This document shows, piece after piece, positions 25,093-38,095 of a DNA stretch of 48,790 bases. Numbering within the stretch: the stretch's first letter is position 1; the number at the start of each line of letters is the position of its first letter. The notes under the pieces are model-generated. The model was not told the origin of the DNA. It made no database searches and saw only the letters and a program-made list of their open reading frames with translations. The DNA is from Craspedostauros australis (taxonomy: Eukaryota). Made by a program: the position numbers and the translations under genes. The DNA lies in the NCBI GenBank assembly GCA_030167865.1, contig JALAGF010001016.1, positions 1 to 48,790 on the forward strand, in the 5' to 3' direction.

Positions 25093-26105
25093 GGTGGAGC
25101 TGTTGGTTGGTGCTGTTGCTGTGGTTGTGACGGGTGTGGCACGGGTGTGGCTGGTATCGCGTGTTGATGGTGTATCTTCGCTGTCGTCACGAGATCGCAG
25201 CACAAACCAGAGGCAACAGAAGGCGCAACAGACAAGGAGAGAGAACACAGGCACAGAGAAGAGAGGAAGACGACAGCGCCCTTCCTTGCACGAGGAGCCA
25301 ACACGAGTCGCGATCCCGAGATGGCACGAGGATCCAGACACAGCGAGATAGCGAGACGACGAAGAACACAAACAGCAGTCAACTTGACCTCGCACGAACA
25401 CACGAGGAAAACAACCACAACACAACGCAACCAACCACAAAAACAACGCCAATTCGTGTGACCGCATGCGTCTCACAAGATATGCCGGTTTCGATCTTCA
25501 ATTTGGGTCGAGTCAACTGGGTCCCGTATAATTCGTCGAGTCATGATAGGAATTTGGATGATAGGGAATCTCACTTTCCTTTGTTCGCATCGAATTCGTT
25601 CCTTGTCACCGCTGCGCAACAACACAAGACGCCATGGAACCCGACACGACACGACACGATCATGACAGAACGGCAAAAGAACCCAAACACCACAAATCAA
25701 GGCAACCAGCACCACCACCGACCACCATGGCACATGAGATCTTCTGAAGCATTTTGCCGAGAGCAATCTGCCCGAAGCAGTGCAGCGTTCCACAATGGCC
25801 ACTTCGACACCCAAGCATGCAGCACGAGGACACAATCTTGACAGAGAGAACAATTACAAGACGAGCAGAATAGAACAGAGCAGAATATAATAATAAATTG
25901 GAGCACAGGACTGCGCACAACGGTGGCCATCACAACTTGCTGCATTCGACGCTCCTCATCCAGCCATCCGTTCGTTGATCCTGCTCAGTTCACCTCGGTG
26001 AAGCGCACACAAGCTACGCTCACCACAACCTGAATACGATCAGCACCCACGCAATCAGAGCAATCAGAACAATCATACTCTCAAGAGTGCCCTCGCAATA
26101 GCAAG

Positions 26106-27050
26106 ATGTCGGCCATCTCCACGGTTGAAGTAATCAAGGACTCGCTGTCCAAGATGCTGCCCGCGGACAACATCACGGAGGACGGACAGGTGGAGGCGTG
26201 CAGCGACATGCTCGAGCAGTTGCTGAAGGTCCGAATGACGCTGGACATCCTCACGAAGACTCTCATCGGAACGGTTGTCTCCAAATTCAAAACGCACCAG
26301 CAACTCGGCCACAAGGCAAAGCTGCTGGTCAAGCAGTGGAAGAAGGTCGCCAAGCAAGGTGCCGCTGCTGCGACGCCCTCCAATTCAAAACGAAATGGTG
26401 CTGCCGCTGCTGCAAAGAACGCCGCCAAGGCAGAACGGAGGGATTCCAATGTCAGCCAAGCGATCAACGAAATGAAGGAAGAATGGGGCAGCTTGCAACC
26501 TGCTAGGCAAAACACGTGCGCCAAACTTCTGCAGTTTCTCACGCTCGCCAAGCCCGACCTGGTCAAAGATGGAATCAACGGAGACGCCATCGACCAGCTC
26601 CTCGTCGAACGCGTCTCGGAGATCGAAGTCTCCATCCACAAGCACTGCAGAGATGACAAGGCAGCTTACGCCAGCAAGGCAAGGTCACTGTGCTTCAACA
26701 TCAAAAAGAACGTCAAGCTCGGAGGTCAGATCATCCTGGGACATATCAGTGCCGAGCAGCTGGTGGGAATGACCAGCGAGCAACTCGCCTCCGATGACAA
26801 GCGCAAGGAGATGGCGGAACGCATGGCCAAGATGATGGACACCAAGCGATTGGATTGGGATCAGGCCAACGAGTCCAAGATCAACGACATGTGCGGCATC
26901 AAGGGCGACCTCCTCAAGGCCAGCCTCTTCACATGCGGCAGATGCAAATCCGTCAAAACGACAAGCACGCAGAAGCAGACCAGATCCGCCGATGAACCCA
27001 TGACCGTCTTCGTTCTCTGTCTCAACTGCGGGAAGCGATGGAAGTGCTGA
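26106..27050 (+). CDS. TFIIS: Transcription elongation factor S-II (TFIIS)
   Basis: N-domain LTKTLIGTVVSKF..AKLLVKQWKK; central YASKARSLCFNIKKN; zinc ribbon CGRC..QTRSADEPMTVFVLCLNCGKRWKC. Confidence 0.95.
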   Translation: MSAISTVEVIKDSLSKMLPADNITEDGQVEACSDMLEQLLKVRMTLDILTKTLIGTVVSKFKTHQQLGHKAKLLVKQWKKVAKQGAAAATPSNSKRNGAAAAAKNAAKAERRDSNVSQAINEMKEEWGSLQPARQNTCAKLLQFLTLAKPDLVKDGINGDAIDQLLVERVSEIEVSIHKHCRDDKAAYASKARSLCFNIKKNVKLGGQIILGHISAEQLVGMTSEQLASDDKRKEMAERMAKMMDTKRLDWDQANESKINDMCGIKGDLLKASLFTCGRCKSVKTTSTQKQTRSADEPMTVFVLCLNCGKRWKC

Positions 27051-27895
27051 TCTGCCTCCGTCTGGGGGAGCTGCACCACGTGAGTAGAGGATGGTACGGT
27101 AGATTGCACGCATGTTGTGTTAAATTATCATGGATTGTATCTTAGAATTGCATCTAAACTACAACATTGCACTGTGCTTGTGTATATACTCTTGTCATAG
27201 ACAGGTGCTTGCCGTCGTCGTTGTCGTCGTCATTGCCTTGACAGGGATGCGGTGCTATCGAAAAGATCGATGTTGCTGGAGTGCCACATTAGTGTACCAT
27301 AATGTAAGTACTGTAACGCACAGGACATCGAACTATGGTAGTACCATGGCAGGTTCTCGTTCTCTGGGTTGTGCGGACTGACATCATCGTTCGTTTTCGC
27401 TCCATCACGTTCGGGTTTCCTTTTGTGACAACTGGTGACACGCCCTTGTCGATGATGCGTCCCATCAGATGGAGGCGAGCCATCGCATCGTCTCATTTTG
27501 CAATCGCATCGTCATGATCGCATCCAATCTTGTGGGGCATTCCATTCCTTTCTCTTTCTGAAGCTGTGACATGACGGTGCTGATGGTGATGGTGATGACG
27601 ACGATGACGGTGACGGTGACGATGCCGATGGGAGAAGATTGATGACCCAAACCATCAACAAGACTGTTGGCACGAGTACGAGCTACCCGTAGCGCGAGAA
27701 TGCCATGATGTGGACCTCCGCCTTGGCACTACTCGTATCAGTACGCTGGGACGAGATGAACCAACAACTCATCACCGACGACATGTTCTCACAATTCCGA
27801 AAAGAGACAGAGAGCAGGTCACACTCCTCTTCCAAACACACAGTTAAACATCTTTCATCACCAACACCAACACCAACACCAACACCAGCTCAAGC

Positions 27896-30418
27896 ATGTC
27901 AAGAGCCACTCTCCGCATGGACGGCGCCGCCAAGACACCACGAGGAATGCGCTCCTTGCCCCCAAGGGCACACCCGCAACCCAATGAACTGGCGCGCCTC
28001 AAGGAGGAAGCTGCCAGCATCGAGCGATGGTGGTCAACCGAGCGCTGGAGCCATACCAAGCGAACGTACACAGGTGTGTTTGCGTGTTGTGCGCGGCATG
28101 CTGATGTAGATTCCTTGTATGGCACAATACTGTAGTTTGCTTTACTTGATTGCCAACACCCTGCACACTGCACGGGACTGCTTACTGGCCTGGCCTGTGC
28201 GCTCCGATGACTCTCACATCAACATGCATGTGTTCCTCTTCGGATCGTACCAAACTATTCGTTCCAAAACAAAATACCCAACAAAACACAACAAACGCAC
28301 AGCCATGGACGTCGCATGCTTGCGACCATCGAAGGAGGCACGCGGCGGACAGGCCATGTCTCCCAAGTGCCTCTTTTCGTCGTCGCAGTCTGACCGGCTC
28401 TACAATCTCCTGCGACAGCTCCAAAGAGTCGGCGGATACTCCCACACCTTCGGCGCATTGGATCCAGTCCAAGTCATCCAGATGGCGCCGCACTTATCCA
28501 CCATTTACATCAGTGGATGGCAATGTTCCTCGACGGCATCGACCACCAACGAACCAGGGCCGGACTTTGCGGATTATCCAGCCAACACGGTCCCAAACAA
28601 GGTGGATCAATTGGTCCGCGCCCAGCTCTTCCATGATCGACGTCAGAACGAGGAGCGCTGTAGCAAGTTGCTTCGCAATGAGAGCCCCGGACCCAAGGTC
28701 GAGTATTTGAGACCAATTATTGCCGACGGCGACACTGGCCATGGTGGATTGAGCGCCGTCATGAAACTCACGAAGATGTTCGTAGAGGCCGGCGCCGCGG
28801 GTATGCATCTCGAAGATCAGAAGCCGGGCACCAAAAAGTGCGGCCATATGGTAAGTGAGGGCGCTGGTGTACTCGGAGGTGTATGCCAAGACGTGACACA
28901 CACACGTGTACGGCTGCCTATGGATGCGGGGGCATGCATTGTCGTCGTTCATGTCGTCACATAGCTCTACGATTAAAACGCAGGCTTGCAGTTGCTCTCT
29001 TCAGCATGTATACATTGCAGGTGAATGTGAATGTGTATGTGCATTTGCATTTCAATTCGACTCGCTTCCTCCATTCCCAAGCTCACAATGCGCATATGCC
29101 GCGGACTCTCAATGCATCATCACACCCACCACCACTACCATCATCATCGCAGGGAGGCAAAGTGCTCGTCAGCACACAAGAACACATCGATCGATTGGTC
29201 GCGGCACGTCTCGCGGCCGATGTCATGGGTGCTTCGTTGGTCATCGTGGCAAGGACGGATGCGGAAGCAGCGACGCTGTTGGACTCCAACATGGACAAGC
29301 GTGACCATCCGTTCATCGTGGGTGTCACCGTACCTGGAATGAAGAGCCTCCAGCAGACGCTGCTGGACGCCACCGACAAGGCCGCTGCCGGTTTGGAGTG
29401 GAAACAACGAGCACGCCTCATGACGTTCGGCGAGGCAGTGGAAGCCAAGATCCATGACATGTCCATCCATCCGCAGGAAAAGCGCCGCATGATGAATGCA
29501 TGGAGAGCGGCCAATCCAGATTCGTTGTCCAACACCCAAGCTCGTCGCGTTGCGGATTCCATTTTTGGCAAGGCCAATGCGGTAAGTTGTGGCATGGTAT
29601 GATGCTGGATGTGTAGCTGAATCATATGCTTCCGTGAGGGCGCAAACGGCAGACCGAGGAGGCGTTCATCTTCAGGCCTCCAAGAAGCACGAACACTCCA
29701 AGATCTCTAATCTGCTCTGCTGGAGGCTGAAATCTCACCATTCTTCACCCCCGCCATTGCTATCGTGATGACTTGCATCATCTGCACTGCTATCAATGCT
29801 TCGACTGCATTGTGCTTCTCTTCATCAAATTCAATTCAATCTCCTCCAACGACACAGGTCTACTTCGATTGGGAGCTATGCCGAGTTCGGGAGGGGTACT
29901 ACCAAACCAAGCCCGGCATTGACTACTGCATCAAACGAGCCCAGGCCTACGCACCATACTGCGACATTATCTGGATGGAGACGAAGGTGCCGGGTATTGC
30001 GGACGCACAGAAGTTTGCACACGGCGTGCATTCCAAGTGGCCACACCAAATGCTGGCCTACAACCTCTCGCCGAGCTTCAATTGGGATGCGTCGGGCATG
30101 TCCGACGGACAGCTCGCCACCTTCAACGATGCGCTGGGCAAGCTCGGGTACACCTGGCAGTTCATCACCCTTGCTGGGTTCCATTCGAATGGTTTGGTCG
30201 TCACCAAATTGGCACGTGAATTCGGCGATCGCGGGATGCTGGCATACGTCGAGACGATCCAACGTCAGGAGAGGAAGCACAAGGTGGAGCTGCTCACGCA
30301 TCAGAAGTGGTCCGGCGCGGAGCTTGTCGATCGGATGGTGAATGTCGCCTCGGGTGGCACATCTTCCACAGCCGCCATGGGAAGTGGTGTCACTGAAGCG
30401 CAGTTCGCAAACAACTGA
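27896..30418 (+). CDS. ICL: Isocitrate lyase (long eukaryotic type), 4 exons
   Basis: Exons 27896-28073, 28303-28850, 29153-29581, 29858-30418. Motifs [81 protein letters not shown] and HQKWSGA. Confidence 0.95.
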
Positions 30419-30676
30419 ACTGCTCTCTTTATCATATAATACGCACGAGGAGAGAGAATCGTATCGGCACACACAGTCCACAACAACAATACAACACGAC
30501 ACGACATATACATTTGCATAGCGTACTCGGTATTCACAGAAAAGAATGATCAAGATTCGGAACACTATTAGAATACTCAACTGTCAAGATTGAGATGGTA
30601 TTATTCCACTGCTGCACGCACTCCCCTGCTGACAGAGCGTGCATGTGACAATAATGTCTCTCTCTACCCGTACTCT

Positions 30677-33600
30677 CTAGATGATTTCGGTCAGCTCCAT
30701 CTTCTTGCCTGCCTCTGCGGCCTTCTCGAAGGCTCCCTTGGAACTCACGACGGCGACGCTTGGGTGCTTCATGTTGCGCAGACGCTCAGCGAAGTCACGG
30801 AAGTCGCTTGGTTTGGTGTTGAGGACCTCTCCGCGGTACTTCTGTCGGTGCTCAGCGGTCTCGTTGATCAACCAGCGCTGGAATGCGACGTTGCCCTTTT
30901 GGTCTGGCGTGAGGGCGCCGTCCAGGTCACCGATGGCGCCGATGATGGCGGTTGTGAGGATGTCAGGGTTCTTCTCCATGTCGTCGGCGGCGGCCATCAA
31001 AGCATCGGCGGCACCGTCGTACACGTCCAAAGTCTTCTCGAGGTTGGGGTCGCGGTAGGACAGGAAGCCGAGCAGACCGGAGAATGGGGAGAAGACGCAG
31101 AATCCTCCGTACGCTCCGCCCATGACGCGGACGTGGTCCCACAGGTATCCAGTTCTCAAGAATCGTGCGACAACGGATGCCGATCCCGGAATGTACTCGC
31201 CTTCGTCGTAGAGCATGCCGCCCTTTCCGACATAGGAAACCTGTGTTGGGACGACGAAGCCTTCATCCTTGTCGATCGCAGCCATTTGCTTCTTGGCATC
31301 GTCAACCCAAGGGTGTGGCTGCTCGTAAAAGTCCATCATCTTCTCTCCGTGGGAATCTCCTGGGAGGACGTTCAAGAAGTTCTCAAGGTTTGGTTGGATG
31401 TCATCAAGCACCTTCTTCTCTGCTGTGACGTCCAGCATCATGCCGCTGCGGCAAGTGGACTGCTTCAACAAGGTCGAGCGGATGTTCTCCAGGCGTGCCA
31501 GGACGGAAGGCCAGTCCTTCTCTGCTTCCGCAAGGATTTCCTTGATAGCCTCGAGGTGTGCAATACCGCCCGTCAATTCGTCGACGTATCCGCCGACACG
31601 ATAACGTGCCTTGAGGCGAGAGTTGACGATGGAGTGTCCGGAGCCCTGCACGGACGACTCCATGCGCGACTTGGTCTCCTTCAGGATCTCGATCACCTTG
31701 TCCTTCGAGTCCAGCTTGGCGTCGGTCAGCATGAGGTTGAAGATGTTGAAGAGTTCATCGATCTTCTCGCTGGTGGCCTTGCCCTTCAGCACCATCTTCG
31801 TTTGCATGTTCTCACCGTTAACGGAGTATCCGGCTTCGGCTCCGGCTGGGTTGACGGCCGTGGTCAGGAGGTTCACTCTAACCCCTCCGGTGTGGGTGCC
31901 GATGCGCCGGCTGAATGCGACGGAGTCGTACTCGCCTGCACCGGCCTCGGTCATGATGCGTGTGAGGAGCGGAAGCAGCGGCACGTCATCCAATGACAAC
32001 GACGAGAGGTCGACCGCAAGTCCGACGTAGGCAATTCCGGATGTGGAACCCATTTCGTGGCGGACGACGGTGACGCCGGAATCGTTCTCATTCTCGCTGA
32101 CTGTGATTGGGTATTCAGCCTGCTCGCGCTTCAAATCCTCTAACTCCAGTCCTGGGATTGTGGCACGGTCCTCTGGTGTATCCTCAGCGCCCTGCAGGGC
32201 CTTCAGCTTCTCGGCTCGTGCGATGACCTCGTCGAGCTCCTCCTTGGACATGGCGTCCTTGATGGCGGCCAGACGCCCCTTCTCCTCCGTCTTGATCTCC
32301 TCCTCCATGGTCTTGGATGGCGTGAGCTGGACCATGGATTGATGCTTGTTGTTGACGAAAAGTTCGGTGAGCATGTCCTGGAAGATCTTGGATCCGGATT
32401 CGGCGATGGATGCCTTGAGCTGTGCCAACGGCTCCTCGAATTTGAGGCCGGAGGTTGGAGACTCGTCGTAGAGCCACTTGCTGTTGGCTCCGAGCATGAA
32501 GCTGAGGTACTTGGGGAAGGAGCCGGTGTTGAATTCGCGCAGTTGGAATTCGATGGTGTTGAGAGAGGATGCGATGTCGTCCGCGGTAAATCCCTCGTCG
32601 GCGCACTTGGCGATGGTGTCGTGGATGAGCTTCTCCGCCTTGTCGACGTCCTCCTCGTTGACCCCCTTGAGGCCGATGGAGAAGGTCGCCTGGAGGAGCT
32701 CATCAGAGACGCCGCCTCCTGTGATGGCTTCACCCAACTTGCTGCCCAAGAGGGCTCCGTAGAGAGTTGACGACGGTGTTCCGAGAAGCAGGTGGTCCAG
32801 CACGCCGATGGTCAGCTCCTCGAGCTCGGTGAAACGACGATCATTGAGCAGCCAGTTAACGGTGAACATGTGCTTTGGTGGCTGATCCGCACCGGCTGGG
32901 TACGGCTCCACCTCCTTGCGTGGCTCGGAGAATTCCTTCTTCTGCCAGTCGATGGTGCTGATCTTGCGGTACTCCGGGGAGTCATCGAATTCGTTGAGAT
33001 ACTCATCCATGAGGGCCAGGCGGTCGTAGGCATTGTCATCTCCTGCGAAGTAGATGCGGGAGTTGGATGGGTGGTAGTGCTTCTCGTGGAATCCCTTGAA
33101 TTGCTCGAAGCTGAGGTCAGGAATGTTCTTTGGATCACCGCCGCTGTCGACAGAGTAAGTGTTCTCCAGGAACAGCGATCTCTGCGAGGCGCGGTTGAGC
33201 AGAGAATCGGCAGAACTGTACACTCCCTTCATCTCGTTGCTGCACGAGTCGGATCCAGTCGAGTGGCGTGGATGAGAATTGCATGGTTTGGTTGTTGATG
33301 CGTGTGCATGTAAGTGTGCGTCACATCATCGGAGGATGTTAAGAGTTGTGTGAGAATGAGAAGCGAAAGAACGAAATGGGTGGCAGCTCGGCGTGGAGAA
33401 GAAGGACACGATTTGGGAACATCTCGTTGCACAAGCCCACGGTCGAGCATGTGTGCCAGACATGTCTGTGCAGTACAGTCGTTGTGCACACGATGTTGTA
33501 CTTACTACACGACACCATTGTAGATGAGATTCTCGCCTTCCTCATCCAATTCCAAATGCCATCCCTCCTGCGCGTGGACCATTGGGTCGCTGACGGCACG

Positions 33601-34338
33601 TGGGTGGTAGACGGCATCGGCGTAGACGTTGACGAGGTTGTAGAAATCCTTGTGGTTCTGACTGGCAACGACGTAGCAGGTACGGTCGGGGTACGTGAAG
33701 GCGTTGAGGAAGGTCTGCAAGCTTCCCTTGAGGAGCTGCACGAATGGGTCCTTGGTCTTGTACTTGCGGCTTCCGCACAGGACGGAGTGTTCCAAGATGT
33801 GCGGGACGCCGGTGGAGTCCTCCGGTGGGGTGCGCAGGGTGATTCCGAAGACCTTGTTGTCGTCGTCGACGGAGACGGAAAGGAGCTCGGCACCGCTCTT
33901 CTTGTGGCGGTAGAGGGTGCAGTAGGCACCGTACTCGGCGACAAGGTCCTTGGAGACGATCTCGTAGGCCGGATGCTCCGTGTTGAACTGTTCCTCGAGG
34001 AATTCCTGCGTGACGCCAGTTCCTGCGGAGATTTCCGGAGCCGCCGCAGTGCTCGAGAGAGCCGTGGTGCTGGTGGTGCCGTCGGTGTTGATGGTGCCCA
34101 TGATGAGGGTTGGGTCGTGGCTTGGACGTCCGGGGATTGGTCTTCTGCCTCCGCCGCGCATGCGGAGGGAGCGAGCAGCTGATGCGGATGCCGACGAAGC
34201 CTTACGGGAGGTGAGTGGGTTGGAAGTCGCAGCTGAGATGGCCGATTGGCGGAAGTTGGCGTTGACGACCGAGAATGCAGCGACCAGAGTGCGTTGTCCT
34301 GCGTTGTTGCGGACTGTGTTGCCGAACACTGCGAGCAT
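30677..34338 (-). CDS. PreP: Presequence protease (PreP/PITRM1, peptidase M16C)
   Basis: Inverted zinc motif GVPHILEHSVLCGSRKY, plus TFLNAFTYPDRTCY. Intron 33505-33240 restores 'GVVYNEMKG'. C-terminal YLWDHVRVMGGAYGG..SYRDPN. The start is uncertain; a possible upstream exon is given in the findings. Confidence 0.93.
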
Positions 34339-34978
34339 GAGGAAGATGCTCACGATGGGGTGCTGCTGAAACGAGGATTTCGTGCGGCGCGGGCTGTTGC
34401 AATCCACAGTTGTCGATGTGTTGGTTGGAGGCAGTGGAGCACGAGTAGTCGTATGAGTACGTGTGGTATGGTAGTCGTATGCGTGCGCGCACGGTATCAA
34501 AATTGAAATTAGTTCCGAGTTGCGATTGCGAAAGCGCAGTTGGTTTTTATTGGATTTGGATTTGTGCGTTGGGCCAAGAATCACGTTTGGATTGCGGAAT
34601 GGTTGGTGTGTTGGAAGGATTCCGCGAGTGTGGTCCATGTCGTGGAAGTGATCACCAAGAGACCCAAAATACGAAAGGGAGTGGGTGGAGGGAGGTGAGT
34701 GGACACGATCAACGGCGCCAACATGAGTCGACGTTTGTGCTGATTGGTGGCTCGTGCTACGAGTGGTGTGCACACAAGAGAACGCAGGTCACAAATGGCC
34801 TAGAGAGAGAGAGAGAGAGATACGGGGCTTGGATGGATCCTTGGCGTTGCTGCCATCCTTCTCTCTCCTTCCCACGTTCTCTGCCAAGACCGAGTATGGC
34901 GCAAAGTGTGCACTGCATGTTTGGGCAGGCAGCATCACCTCCGATTGAATTGCGATTCTTGGCGCAAGCGTCCCGTAC

Positions 34979-35436
34979 CTCTTGCTGGCGGCGCCAAGTG
35001 ACAGTTTCATAGGATCGGTTTGGGTAATGATCTGTTGCTGATCAGGGAGCTTGTTGTTACTGTTGCTATTGATGTTGCTATTGCTGTTGCTTTTGTGAGA
35101 CGAGAGGGAGAAGCGTCCTGCTTGGTGCTTCTCTTCTGTGGATTTGTATTTGTTTTCGTGTTCGTATTTGTATTCGTGTTCGTATTCTTGGCCGTGTTGG
35201 TGATGGTGCTGGTGGCCTTCGATTGTTGCCAAACCTGCGATGGATGCAATGAGCACAAGAGCAAACAATGCCAAACGTTGACTCTGACCTGTGCTTCTGG
35301 CTTCGTTGTGGTTCCTCCTCTGTCGTCTCTGAAGACTGTTCGCGATGCTGGTCTCGCTTCGACGAATACGATGGCAACTGCGAGAGCGCTCGCGACGTTC
35401 GCTGAGGCTGTCGGTGTCACTGTTGGCGCGCTGCAT
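34979..35436 (-). CDS. Putative upstream coding exon of the PreP gene, or a short separate secretory-type ORF
   Basis: ATG at 35436; hydrophobic LALFALVLIASIAGLATI; His/Glu/Tyr-rich stretch. Donor AG|GTACGG at 34978 and acceptor CAACAG ending at 34394 join it in frame to the PreP ORF. Confidence 0.4.
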
Positions 35437-36284
35437 CAGTCAGTCTGTGAGAAAAAGGGAAAGATATTTTGGTGTTGCGGTTGTGCGATGGATCTTCTTC
35501 GTTGGTTTGTCTGCCACTGCCTCAATTCCACATCATCATCACCATCTCTCTGATGTGCTCTTTGGTCTTCGAAGCCGCTCTCTGGCGTCCGTTGATGTCA
35601 TCACACAGACGACGCACAGAGAGAGACAGAAGGCAACACACACATAGAGTCATCCAAAAAGGCGATGGATCCACGTGACAACCGCCCATGTTCCTCACAC
35701 GCAACATAGCGTCATTGTCGTTGGCATCACGCGCGAAACCACCAACGCGCGCCAACAGCACACACGACCAACGCAGCAAGGCGAAAACAGAACAAAGCCA
35801 GCCAAACCACCTCAGCCAGTCCTGTTCACCTGTTCGTGAACGAGTGAACCAATCATATCAATTTGGGGCATAAGTTCCGTACAAGACTACATTATCGTGA
35901 TTCAACATTGCTCGATCAGTCCGAATGCCATTCCAAACACAACCACATTCCCACCGAAGAACAAAACGACGAAGATCGACAAAACGAAGATCGACAACAT
36001 GACACGTCCATCATCAGCCTCCACAGAACACAGACAGAAGTTCTCGCTCTCCCGCATCCGCATCCACGTTCACCTCCATTTCCACATCCTCTACTTCCTC
36101 TGCCCCCTCTTCCACTTCTGCGCGTTGATGACAGAAGATCGCTTCGGTTCTGTGGTTGGATGGAGGTCATGCCAACTCGCACTGCGGTAGCCGTGTCTCC
36201 AGTTGAGGTCTCCGCAGCACCAGCAAAGTACAAGGACGAGCCTTCTCCCGCAACAGAGTATAGCAGGACCAACCGCGGTCGACG

Positions 36285-37859
36285 ATGACGAAGAAAGGCA
36301 AGGGACGCCAGGCCGGTGCATACGGATCCAAGAAGATCCAGATGGAGCTCCAGCGGCATTGGCAGGCGGATGCGTTGGAGGAAATCACGCATCGCAAGCA
36401 GGCCCAGCTCAGGAGGCAGAAGCGTCAGAGCAAACGGGAGGCCTCGCAATCATCACGCGAGCGTCCGCGATTCACGAGGGCAACGCCGCTGCGTTCGCTG
36501 CTGCGGGAGAGGGATTCGTACGACCAATACCAATTTATGGAACGTCGCAGAGCCAACGGCTTTCTGCCGAACCAGCAGTTCCAAACAAAATGGAATGGCG
36601 ACGTGCGAGCAACGCATGCGAGGTCTCGCGGTGGGGATTCAATGATCTTGTCGGCGTTGGAATCCGATCATCCGCCTGGATGGTTGCTGTATTATGCGGA
36701 AATCACGGATGAGTACGAGCACCTCAAGCATGTGGGCGCGATCATTAAGAAGTCGCTCGATGACAGCAATCGGCCTTCCACTTCCACATCGCAGTCGAAA
36801 CAGCACTCGCGGTCACAATCGCAGTCAAATTCAACGATGACGTTCGCTTCCGAATGCCCACCCAACTACATCTACCCGTTGCAAGACCTTGCGATGTACA
36901 CATTGGCCAAATACCTTCCGGAATACCTGGATGCCTGGGGTGTGGACCAACTGCGCTCTGTGATGTCTCTGTTGTGCGCCAAAGATCTGGCCAAGCTCTC
37001 CGTCCTCGTATCGAGCACGACGCAAGGAATGACCAACGGTCTCGCCATCGCACTTGGCAGGCACTCCCACATTCAAAAGATCTGCATTCGTTCTGGACAC
37101 TCTGGTGATGCTGCGCACGACCACCATGTCACCGATGCTGGCCTCCGTGAACTCGTCCCACGCGCCATGCGTCAACGGCATAAACAGAGGCAAAGTACGC
37201 GAGACGAGCATACCCATACGAATGTACATGCGCACGATGATTCACGAGATGAGGATCAAAAACTCCCAGCATCATCGCCTGCGTCCACATCCACCAATTC
37301 ATCGTCGTTGTCCGTATTCGACGACAACAGCAGCAGCAGCAGCAGCAGCGTATGTGACAATTGGGAAGACTGGGTTGATGATAGCGACGATGACGGTGAC
37401 AAAAATCGTGATCACAAAGATACCGAATCGCTTCATCGCCAACAGCAACAGCGCTTCTCAGACGCTGCCGCAACATCCAAACTGGACAGCATGGAACTCC
37501 CCACAATGGACGGAATCAGCCTGGAATTGGAACGATTGGAACTGCTGGATTGCACGGACGTCACCGCCGACGTGGTGATCCAACTGCTCTCCCAATGTGG
37601 CGCCATCACACACCTATCGCTGGCGGGATCCTTGTCACAAGATGGGCCCAAAGTTTTCCTGGCCATACCGCAGCTGCTGCTGCATCTGAAAGTGTTGGAT
37701 GTTGGGTGTTGCAGTTGGATGACGGCGTCGCTCTTGCGCGAGTTCAACGTCTTGTGCCAGCAGCGGTCCTTCGAGTATGCCATCCCAGAAGTGCTGACGC
37801 AGGGCTGCATCCTGGAACCGTTTGCCAAGGAATCCGCTGTCGATGCGTGGGGTGGATGA
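36285..37859 (+). CDS. Hypothetical protein with RNI-like leucine-rich repeats
   Basis: 524-aa ORF with a basic N-terminus. LRR-like units LERLELLDCTDVT, ITHLSLAGS, LKVLDVGCCSWMT and VTDAGLRELV. Confidence 0.65.
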   Translation: MTKKGKGRQAGAYGSKKIQMELQRHWQADALEEITHRKQAQLRRQKRQSKREASQSSRERPRFTRATPLRSLLRERDSYDQYQFMERRRANGFLPNQQFQTKWNGDVRATHARSRGGDSMILSALESDHPPGWLLYYAEITDEYEHLKHVGAIIKKSLDDSNRPSTSTSQSKQHSRSQSQSNSTMTFASECPPNYIYPLQDLAMYTLAKYLPEYLDAWGVDQLRSVMSLLCAKDLAKLSVLVSSTTQGMTNGLAIALGRHSHIQKICIRSGHSGDAAHDHHVTDAGLRELVPRAMRQRHKQRQSTRDEHTHTNVHAHDDSRDEDQKLPASSPASTSTNSSSLSVFDDNSSSSSSSVCDNWEDWVDDSDDDGDKNRDHKDTESLHRQQQQRFSDAAATSKLDSMELPTMDGISLELERLELLDCTDVTADVVIQLLSQCGAITHLSLAGSLSQDGPKVFLAIPQLLLHLKVLDVGCCSWMTASLLREFNVLCQQRSFEYAIPEVLTQGCILEPFAKESAVDAWGG

Positions 37860-38095
37860 AAATGCTGTTAACAATAATGAACGAGAATGAAAGTACAAGG
37901 ACGCATGTACTGAATTTTGCAGAAGAGTACTAATCCGAGTCGAGTAGGGCAATAGAAATAACCCTATACTTCCATTACCAAGCATTCATGTTGTGTTCTT
38001 ACGTATTAGCAATACTTGTAGTGTGTGGCGTTGAGGGGGAGGAAGTGTCTTCCATCTTGTATTGTAGTAGTATTATAGAAACAGCAGGTGCATCT

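Noticed and set aside
30590-34182. Long plus-strand ORFs (468 and 278 aa)
   Set aside because: Antisense shadows of PreP.
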